Source: Octopus vulgaris (taxonomy: Eukaryota). From it: DNA of 64,000 bases. Where the stretch lies: NCBI GenBank assembly GCA_951406725.2, contig OX597839.1, positions 11,718,001-11,782,000 of the forward strand, given 5' to 3'. Positions 54,251 through 64,000 of this stretch are shown piece by piece. The notes under the pieces were generated by a model. The model was not told the DNA's origin. It saw only the letters and a program-made list of their open reading frames with translations, and did no database searches. How positions within the stretch are numbered: the stretch's first letter is position 1; each line of letters begins with the position of its first letter. A program made the position numbers and the translations under genes.

Positions 54251-54557
54251 GTCACGTCACGTGACCGACCAGACCATCAGATGTTGCTACAACTCACTGG
54301 TCACAATGCGCTTCTCATTGTTTTAGCCTTCGAATGACGCCACCCCGCTGGCTAAGCGAGCAGGCCAACAGAAGAAAGAGTGAGAGAAAGTTGTGTCCAA
54401 AGAGTATAACAGGGATCGCCATCAACCCCTTGCCTGAAATCGGGGAGTATTCAGGTGTTTTCGCTCAATAAATACACACAACGCCCGGTCTGGGAATTGA
54501 AACCGCTATCCTAAGACTGCGAGTCCGCTGCCCTAACCACTGGGCGATTGCGCCTCC
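54251..54557 (-). mobile_element. SINE family C
   Basis: Homologous to 21800-22091. Confidence 0.85.
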
Positions 54558-54673
54558 ATGACATATATATATATATATATAAAGGGAAAGTTTACGAAAA
54601 TAAACAAAAGACGAAGGCAGGTGGTGTACAAATAAACAAATGTATTAGTATAGGGCTCAGGAATAGAAAAAGT

Positions 54674-54709
54674 ATTTTACGTTTCGAGCCTACGCTCTTC
54701 TACAGAAAG
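54674..54709 (-). ncRNA. Minimal hammerhead variant (CUGUAGA core)
   Basis: Minus: CTTT CTGTAGA A GAGC GTAG GCTC GAAAC GTA AAAT; element homologous to 28340-28540. Confidence 0.58.
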
Positions 54710-54800
54710 ATACACAGAAAAAAATTTATATATTGTCACATATACATATGTACATACATTCACACATACACGCTCGAGCACACAGTTAAATATATATATA

Positions 54801-54845
<45 letters not shown>

Positions 54846-54847
<2 letters not shown>

Positions 54848-55299
54848 CAATAATAATTCTCTAAACGAGATATAGACAGTAACTGCTCCATAACTGCCCT
54901 GTCCCTAGCCACATTCAAATGGCTAATGTCCCTTTTGTTATGGAGCAGTTACTGTCTATATCTCGTTTAGAGAATTATTATTGCTGTCGAACAGATTTTC
55001 GAAATCAGTGAATGTATTTACGTGAAAATCTTTATATAAATATCCTGCATGGAGAGTCGTTCATCGAAGGGCGATGCCTACCATACGTTGACGAGAGGCA
55101 AACACCTCGAAACCTGGGTCCGTATGTGGCTTCCGCTTCTTCGGTGGATGATCTCCCTTTGCAGGATAGAGGACGCCGTGATGGTGTCAAGCCTTTCTGG
55201 TGACGTTGATGTTCGCCTGGGGCTAAATGCAACAGTAACACCCCCACCGCCCTGCCCTGTCCCTAGCCACATTCAAATGGCTAATGTCCCTTTTGTTAT
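54846..55299 (+). mobile_element. Retrozyme/Penelope-LTR-like element: 358-bp unit with 48-bp terminal redundancy and 49-bp inverted 5' extension
   Basis: Direct repeat 54894-54941 = 55252-55299; inverted repeat 54846-54894 / 54937-54985; (TA)n on both sides; internal HHR. Confidence 0.82.
55082..55126 (+). ncRNA. Type I hammerhead ribozyme (U at position 3)
   Basis: CATACG TTGACGA GAGG CAAACA CCTC GAAAC CTGG GTC CGTATG; 6-bp stem I, G-C closed stem II, GUC site. Confidence 0.82.
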
Positions 55300-55300
55300 A

Positions 55301-55376
<76 letters not shown>

Positions 55377-55377
<1 letters not shown>

Positions 55378-55760
55378 TTTACTTGTTTCAGGCATTTAGA
55401 CTGCGACCATGCTGGGGCACCGCCCTGAGGAACTTTTAGTCGAATGAATCGACACCAGTACTATTTTTAACCTGGTACATATTCTATCAGTATCTTTTGT
55501 CGAACTGCTAAGCTACAGGGACGTAAATACATCAACATCGGCTGTCAAGTGGTGGGGTGGTGGAGGAAACGCAGATACAAAGATACACACACACACATAT
55601 ACACGGGGGGTGGGGTTATTTCAGTTTCCGTCTACCAAAACCACTCACAAAGATTTCGACAGCCCGGGGCTACAGCGGAAGACACTGACCCAAGATGTCA
55701 CGCAGTGGGACCGAACCTGGAATCATGTGATCGGGAAGCAAACTTCTTACCACAGAGCCA
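55377..55760 (-). mobile_element. SINE family A, diverged
   Basis: Family consensus. Confidence 0.8.
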
Positions 55761-56638
55761 TTGACGTACACATGAGTGCTATGCTTAAATCCAACCGAAC
55801 AACATTTGTGTGTGTTTGTGTGTGTGTTTTCCCGCCGTCCACGCGACTTACATATTGTCCTCTTCAAACACCTCCTACCTCTCCCAGCACTCTACACCAC
55901 CCGCCACTGTACCCTTATACACCCTTCAATATATACACTCTACGTATGCCTTGTCTTAAATATCCTCGTATAATCCAAAGGTTGAAGGTTTACAAAAGAT
56001 CCTTTAATTGACATCTCATATTTACGTTCCTTCAATCTCTTACCCTTCAACCACCTTAACTGGTAACCCCTCACCCCACCACCACCACCACCACCACCAC
56101 TACCACCACCACTTACTTACGTACCCCTACCACACCCCGGTCATACTTCTTTTGTTTGTTTTTTGTATATTTTTTTATATTTTTATTTTATATTTTAATA
56201 TATTTTGTAGGTTTTTCAAGTTCCCATCAATTGATAAAAAGCTATAAAAAATATTTTAAAAAAACAAGCAAACAGGAAACTCGAAACAAGTTTTGATCTG
56301 TTTGCCAACTCATTGTTGTGTGTGTGTGTGTGAGTGTGTGTGTGAGTGTGTGTGAATTTTCGTGTGTAAGTATGTGTATTGGCATTTGCGGAGAAAGAGA
56401 AATCCACACGCACACACACACACACATACAAAGGTATATATTTACACAAGTATAATTATACGTGTATATATGAATGTATTTACAGTTACATATATACATA
56501 TATATATACGAAAGTATGTATAGTTATATATATCTATATATGTATAGTTATACATGTATATACGAGTGTACACATAGTTTTATACGCAAGTATGAATGCA
56601 TGCGTGTGTGTGTGTGTGTGTGTGTATAGATATATATA

Positions 56639-56810
56639 TCGTATTTCAAAATATATAACCCTCATGTATGAAGAGCCCCTTAATTTTGGGGGCTTAAAAT
56701 TTGACAAAAAGTTTAGCAAGGGATTATAATACTATTCGTGTATAAGAAACTCCCATAATTTTTAAACCTAATTTTTGTTAAAAACTTGTTCCTTATACAC
56801 GTTAAAATAC

Positions 56811-56812
<2 letters not shown>
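56639..56812. mobile_element. Tc1/mariner-pogo-type MITE in TA
   Basis: Ends (T)CGTATTT...AAATACGG flanked by TA. Confidence 0.6.
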
Positions 56813-56857
<45 letters not shown>

Positions 56858-57209
56858 GTTTTTATGTGTATGTATAGGGATATATATATAGGTGTGTGGT
56901 TTAGTGTATGTAGTTAGATATGGTTATATATAATTAGGTATATGTGTTTGGGTGTATATATAGTTTATTATTATATTATTATTATTTTTTTGTTTTGTTT
57001 TAAATTTTATATTTTATATTTTATATTTTATATTTTATATTTAATTGTTGATAGGTTTATTTTAGTTTATATATTGTTTATATATTGATTATATATGGAT
57101 TATATATAGGTTATATATGGATTATATATTTATATTTTTTCATTCATACTTTAATTATTTTAAAATTATTATTTGTATATTTTAAAATATTGATATTTTA
57201 GATTGAAGT

Positions 57210-57252
57210 CCACCTGAAGATTGTCGATCAAGACAAGAAACGATTGTAGTGG
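57210..57252 (+). ncRNA. Type I minimal hammerhead ribozyme
   Basis: CCAC CTGAAGA TTGTC GATCAA GACAA GAAAC GATT GTA GTGG; complete core, all stems pair. Confidence 0.82.
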
Positions 57253-57339
57253 CGGTTTTTTTGACTATTTATTAAAATTTTATGTATTGATTAAGTCTTT
57301 CCTTGTTTGTTTTGCAAAATAGTGGTTTTGTCTCTAATA

Positions 57340-57370
<31 letters not shown>

Positions 57371-57420
57371 TAAGGTGGTGCCTCAGCATGGCCGCAGTCA
57401 AATGACTGAAACAAGCAAAA

Positions 57421-57474
<54 letters not shown>

Positions 57475-57624
57475 GTATATATAGTTATACACACACACAC
57501 ACATATATATATATGCATAGTTATATATATATATATATATATAAACCAGCTTAGAGAAGAAGAAGAAACGAAACCAAACCAAACGAATCGAATCGAATCG
57601 ACGCGAAGGCGCTCAGTCATACAA

Positions 57625-58020
57625 TAGTGTAATAAATAAAATATATGCATACACACAAACATATATGTACGTACCTACATGTATCAGTGTTCACTATTTT
57701 CTTCTTGTTCTGGTCTAACGACCCTCCATGTTTGTTTTCGTGCGGTCCCTGACCTGTTTTTGTTCCCAACTTTGACCCTCCATAAATCCTAAATTTTATT
57801 TTAGAATTTTTGGGAGAAACTTTCTTCGAAGACTCATATTGTCGTTGAATGCTCGAAATGAGGAGTAGATATATAGCTGACAACTGATGAAGGGTCGGTT
57901 CACTGTGTCTACTTGTCCTGTTTTCCATTTTTCTCGTTGTTTACGTGTTTAACTCGTTGCCTACGTATTTCATGTTGTTTACATAGTTGGTGACGTCTTG
58001 TACCCATATATATGCATAAA
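57625..58020 (+). mobile_element. Second copy of the permuted-hammerhead element, with an inverted piece at 57625-57684
   Basis: 57685-58020 matches the reverse complement of ~15125-15470; 57625-57684 matches 15058-15120 directly, so it is inverted relative to the body. Confidence 0.72.
57833..57895 (+). ncRNA. Non-circularly permuted hammerhead ribozyme candidate, copy 2
   Basis: CTCA-TA-TTGTCG ttgaat GCTC-GAAA-TGAG gagtagatatatagc TGACAA-CTGATGA-A-GGGT; stems covary with copy 1. Confidence 0.78.
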
Positions 58021-58073
58021 TATATATTATTTATTATTATATATATATATACACATATTTACATATATCTATG

Positions 58074-58108
<35 letters not shown>

Positions 58109-58228
58109 TTATATAAATCTATGTATATATATATATATATCCATGTGTACTTCGTAAACACCAGTCGTTTTTTTTCTCCCTCTTGTTGCCCACTTGGGAT
58201 CTTTCTTTCCTCTCTCTTCTTTCTTTAT

Positions 58229-58263
58229 GTTTCCGACGAAGAGCTCCGCTCGAAACGTCATAC
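58229..58263 (+). ncRNA. Minimal hammerhead (mutated core CCGACGA) in a Penelope-LTR-like element
   Basis: GTTT CCGACGA A GAGC TCC GCTC GAAAC GTC ATAC; same family as 28147. Confidence 0.58.
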
Positions 58264-58353
58264 CTTCCTGCTTCCATCTTTCCTGAACGCCTATTAATAA
58301 TAATACTGTAATTGTTCCACGTGTTGTTGTTTTTTCTGTTTTCCCGTTTGGAT

Positions 58354-58404
<51 letters not shown>

Positions 58405-58898
58405 TAAATACCTGTCTATTTTCGTATCTTATTATAATAAATAGATAGATATATAAATCACGGTCTATATAGCTACCTTGCAGTTGAGTATTAATTGTAA
58501 TGTTCAACATTCTTTGTATAGGTAACTAACCGGTACTTTCATAGAATTTTGCTATCCCTCAGTAAGGTTTGTAACCTTTATTTATTCTACTCTCTCTCTC
58601 TCACTATATATATATGTATGTGGGTATATGTCTTTGTGTCTGTGCTTGTCCTTGCATTATCGCTTGACAACCAGTGTTGGTGTTTTTACGTCTCCGTAAC
58701 TTAGCGGTTCGGCAAAACTGACCGATAGAATATATACCAGGCTTTAAAAATAAGTACTGGGTGGGGGAGGGGCAGTGTGGATAATAGTGAGGGGATATCC
58801 ACGTAGGATGAAGTGACGAGGCATGAGTTGAGATTGAGTCTCAAAATCATGGTTGGCACTGCAGAGACTACGCAGACTGAGGAATTGGGCGTAGGGTA

Positions 58899-59314
58899 TG
58901 GTGAGCTGGCAGAAACCTTAGGAAGCCGGACGAAAAGCTTAGCAGTATTTCGCCTGTTTTTTTCGTTCTGAGTTCAAATTCCGCCGAGGTCGACTTTGCC
59001 TTTCATCCTTTCGGGGTCGATAAATAAAGTACCAGTTACGCACTGGGGTCGATATAATCGACTTAATCCGTTTGTCTGTCCTTGTTTGTCCTCTCTGTGT
59101 TTAGCCCCTTGTGGGTAGTAAAGAAATAGGTATTTCGTCTGCCGCTACGTTCTGAGTTCAAATTCCGCCAAGGTCGACTTTGCCTTTCATCCTTTCGGGA
59201 TCGATTAAATAAATACCAGTTACGCATTGGGGTCGATATAATCGACTTAATCCGTTTGTCTCTCCTTGTTTGTCCTCTCTGTGTTTAGCCCCTTGTGGGT
59301 AGTAAAGAAATAGG
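58899..59314 (+). mobile_element. Dimeric Nin-domain-like SINE D
   Basis: Two ~180-bp tandem units ending CCCCTTGTGGGTAGTAAAGAAATAGG. Confidence 0.87.
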
Positions 59315-59862
59315 TATGGAGAGCTTGCTGTGTTTAGGGTGGGAGGAGGAGGAGGAGGAGAAGTGAAGGTAGGAGCAATTCGACTAAAAATCCAGGGTGG
59401 TGCCCCAGTATGGCCGCAGTCTAATAACTGAACCAAATAAAAGATACAAAATAGTATGACTGCATATACACCCAGCCACCCGACAACAACGATATCTTAG
59501 CTTACAGTTTATTACCATTCACATCAAGAAAACTTCTTCCGCGGCTAAAAAATTGTTTTGCTTTTGTTGCTGTTGTTGTTGTGGACGTTGTATTTGCTTT
59601 GGTTATTTATTTATATATTTTAATGCATTTTTTTCCCTTTTTGCTTGTTTCCTTCGTGTTTTTTTAAAAGATTTTTTTTTCTCAGTGTTATGTACATTGT
59701 GTTTTTTTTCTATCATTGTTATACATGTTGTTGTTCTTCTTCTTGTTTGTTCCCCTGCCCCCTCCTTCCTCTCCAATTAGGTTTTATTGCCCTGATATAT
59801 TGTTGTTTATTGTGTGCAATTCACATGCGTGGTTTTACTAAAGAAAAATATAAATACATAAG

Positions 59863-59916
<54 letters not shown>

Positions 59917-59962
59917 GGCATATGTGCATACACACGCACATATGGATAGAAACGTGTATATG

Positions 59963-60013
<51 letters not shown>

Positions 60014-60123
60014 GCACAGAAATATGTAGACATACGTATATGCATATGTACATGTTTATATAAACAGGTGCACCCAAATACCCAACAATACACAGATATA
60101 TATATATATATATACATATACGT

Positions 60124-60188
<65 letters not shown>

Positions 60189-60273
60189 AATACTAAATTT
60201 CTAAATCTCTCGTATACATAGATATATACATATATATACATATACATAGATATATACACACACATATATATAG

Positions 60274-60304
<31 letters not shown>

Positions 60305-60359
60305 CTCATCTATATATATATATACAATATATACATACATATATATATATATATATAGG

Positions 60360-60660
60360 GGCATTCGGCTCATGATCGTAAGGTCGTGAGTTTAATTCCC
60401 GGCGATGCATTGTGTCTTTGAGCATAATACTTTATTTCACGTTGCTCCAGTCCACTCAGCTGGCAAAAATGAGTAGTAGCTGTATTTCAAAGGCTCAGCC
60501 TCGTCACACTCTGTGTAACGCTGAATCTTCCCGAGATCTACGTTAAGGATACACGTGTCTGTGGAGTGCTCAGCCACTTGCACGTTAATTTCACGAGCAA
60601 GCTGTTCCGTTGATCGCATCAGGCTGGGACCCTCGTTGTCGCAACCGACGGAGTGCTCCT
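60360..60660 (+). mobile_element. SINE family E
   Basis: TTGAGCATAATACTTTATTTCACGTTGCTCCAG...CACTCAGCTGGCAAAAATGAGT. Confidence 0.8.
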
Positions 60661-60661
60661 T

Positions 60662-60696
<35 letters not shown>

Positions 60697-60793
60697 TATA
60701 TGCATGTATGTATATACAGGTACACAACACATACACATGTATAATACGAGCAATCCCGTGACTATTATTGTTCGTGATATATATATATATGTA

Positions 60794-60824
<31 letters not shown>

Positions 60825-60831
60825 GTGCGTG

Positions 60832-60872
<41 letters not shown>

Positions 60873-61568
60873 ATATATATATGTGTGTGCGTATATATAT
60901 ATATATATATGTATAATGAATACAATGTCGAGATTGCCATGCATCTTTCCCTTCCTCCTCCCCCTTCACCTCTTACTTTTAACAAACTAAGTTCATTTTC
61001 TTTCCTCAATCCCAAAAACAAAATCGGCGCAATAACGAAACAAAGAAACAAGAAGCCATAAAAATGAAGTGAAAAAAAATCCAAACAATATGGCGTCGCT
61101 AATGTCCTAATGCGACGGTCGCTGGACGTCGCCATACTATTTTCAACCTTGCCTTCCATTGTTGTTGGTTGTTTGGCTTTTGTCCTGTTCTTTTAGTGGT
61201 TTAACGTGACTAAGTGGAGGATGTATACTTTATCTATGCGGGTCGAATGTGAAGTTCGTGGATATTGACTAAATGTTTCATATGTTGGTGTCGCTGTTGT
61301 TATTATTACAGTGTTAATGTGGGAGAATCAACTGGCTGGCCTCTAGATGTTTATTGAATGGAGAAAAAGGAGACAGAAACACACACATACACACACGCAC
61401 AAACACACACACAACCTACGTTTATATATATATATATGTATGTATACGCACAGACACATATGTGTATATATATATTTATATGTAAAGAATAAAAAGTTTT
61501 GAATGGTACAACAATGCACTATAATACAGACAATGGACTATATACCTGTTGTAATTTAGTCATCCGTG

Positions 61569-61610
61569 ATCTGATATGCTATTTCGGAATAAAATTCCTT
61601 CTTCAGATAT
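61569..61610 (-). ncRNA. Type I hammerhead ribozyme candidate
   Basis: Minus: ATAT CTGAAGA A GGAAT TTT ATTCC GAAA TA GCA TA TC AGAT; AUC site, one mismatch in stem I. Confidence 0.65.
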
Positions 61611-63387
61611 TCTTAGATGGAGTCGCTGCTATAATCGGTTTTCCAACGGCTTTTCTTTATTATTATTTGTTTTTTGAAGCGTCTCAGCAGTGGTCTCAAA
61701 TGTGTATATGTGCATATATATATATATTTCCTCCACCATACATATCTTGCATCTATTTTCTTTCCTCCACCTCACTCTCCATTTTGTATCACATCTAAAC
61801 TATGACTTAACTATCCTCTGACACCGTCTCCAATTATGGGATATAACTAATAAATATCCTGGAAACAGCTGTAAAACCTTCTATCAATAAATGCTCTAAC
61901 ATCTCACAGCCTTGGTTTTTTATCTTATTACCTAAAAAATTCTTATATAGACAGAGAGACACAGAGAGATAAGGCAGACAGACAGAGAACATGACCTAGT
62001 TGTAAGGGTGTTGTACTACTGATCGTGTGTGTTCTTGCGCAAAACTTCACCTCCAGTTTGCTCTGTGATTACTTTGACATCGGACAAGCGGCACAGCAAG
62101 CACCAACACGAGCAACATCAATCGGTTGGTGGAAGTAAGCCAAAACACTGCACAAACATTTCATTACTATAAACAAATCATCCGTGAAGGTTGTTCAGCA
62201 TAAAATAGCAGAATCCGGTAGTGAAGTTCTAGTTCTGAGATTCCAGGGTTGTGAGGGGTGGGAGCCACTTCTTAACCACTGTTGTTCCCTGGTTTAATCT
62301 GCCCTAGAGTAGAAGCCGCTGTTAAGATCCCAGCTATAAGTTAACTAGTATATGTGATTACATCCATATAAGCTTGGAGACACAGAAATACCCTTAGTTG
62401 GTGTCAGAGCACTGGAGGTGAGGGACACCTAGCTATTGTTACAGTATCCTTCAATGAGAGGGATACTTTGATGTAAAAGCTGCAGTCTCACATGGTTATT
62501 AGTCATCTTGCTTCGTCCTGTCACTAGGTACTTATTACAGAAACTCCAAGAGTGGTACTTGTGTTGTACACGCATTTCTCACCAGAATCTAATGACATAC
62601 AGATGTCTTTTTATCATGACCTCATTTGTCATTCCATCAACTGAACATCCTATAGTGATAGAAGAACGGTAACGTGTGATGACCTAATCAGTTGGAAGCG
62701 TATAGTAAGTTACAGCTTCTGTCTGTCACCTATGCTTCAAGCCATGCAGATTTGCAACGAGACTGAATAGTCATCTGAGAGTTCAGGGATGGAATTTCAA
62801 AAATGCTACTGACATCGAAGAAGCACAAGATGGCAATCATCTGTGAAGATTGAGCAATCACCATGTATGTATATATGTATGTGTGAGTAACTAGATATGT
62901 GTTTGTGTAAATTTGTATGCATAGCTAACGGCAGAAATGCACGACATGCGAAACTGTGTGGGGAAAAAATCATTTGCAGGCGTAATGGCTTGTGAAATAG
63001 ACATATGCAGCATCTGTTCTCGGATATATCAGAGCATAAATCAAACAGATTAGTGTTGAGAATATCAAGAAGAACATATAAAAACTTAAATGTAAGATAG
63101 TTAATAATAATTATTATTATACTAATGATGATGACGCCAACAATAACAAGAATAGCAATAATAATAATAATAATAATAATGATGTGTGTAGTTTTGTGAA
63201 TGTCGATTTGTACCATTTTTATCAATCCAGCACAGCTAATCACAATTTCACACACACACACACACGCACACACACACACACATGAGGTGAAACAATGTGA
63301 TTACATTGAAATTTACTGGAAAAACGGAAGCAATACAAACGGAGGGCACAACTTGTCAACTGGGCACCACTACAATTTCGTTGCCTG

Positions 63388-63437
<50 letters not shown>

Positions 63438-63601
63438 AGCTTAGTAAAATAAATTACTTTGCCAGTATGTGGCAAAGTAATTTATTTTACTAAGCCCTTA
63501 TATATAATGTAATATTTTGAATTCGCCTAAAATGGTCCCTTTACATACTGAATACTTGGTGAAATTGATTAATAATTAATTAATTTTACCCTCAATTGTT
63601 G

Positions 63602-63648
<47 letters not shown>

Positions 63649-64000
63649 CAGTTCTAGAATATTCTTAGTGATTTAATGCCTCTATTAGATGAATTAAGAT
63701 GTGCTTTTGAGCGCGATGTGTGTTTGTGTGTGTGTAGTTACTATGTAGATGTGTGTTTGTGTGTGTGTGTGTGTGTAGTTACTATGTAGATGTGTGTGTG
63801 TGTATGTGAGTGCGTGTATGTAGTGGAAGAGAATGTGCGAGAAAATGTAAAGAACAAAAATAGCTTAAAACAAAATGCAAAAATATTATAAACAGAAACA
63901 AAAGACTTCATTATTACTAGAAAGCAGATGCAGTGTGTGCGCATGCGTGTGTCGTATGTGGGCGCGCATTTGTGTGTGTGTGTGAGTGCGTGTATGTGTA

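Noticed and set aside
58520-58575. Hammerhead-like CTGAGGG-ATAG/CTAT-GAAAG on the minus strand
   Set aside because: The core is mismatched and there is no clear NUH or stem I.

Overview
AT-rich eukaryotic non-coding DNA, dense in microsatellites and SINEs. The repeat repertoire resembles an octopus/coleoid cephalopod genome (inference). No intact host gene is visible, and nearly all ORFs in the track are microsatellite read-throughs. The window holds about five tRNA-derived SINE families, decayed RTE LINE, mariner and Penelope-like (RT + GIY-YIG) remnants, a non-autonomous Helitron, several MITEs with 8-bp TSDs (three copies carrying TTAGGG/CCCTAA-like repeats) and long fold-backs. The main hidden signal is about 15 hammerhead-ribozyme (HHR) motifs in short, mostly microsatellite-flanked Penelope/retrozyme-like elements. 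Two homologous copies (15264-15324 minus, 57833-57895 plus) have the three hammerhead strands in a non-circularly permuted order, with compensatory base changes in the stems. All structures were read by eye and none was computed or assayed.
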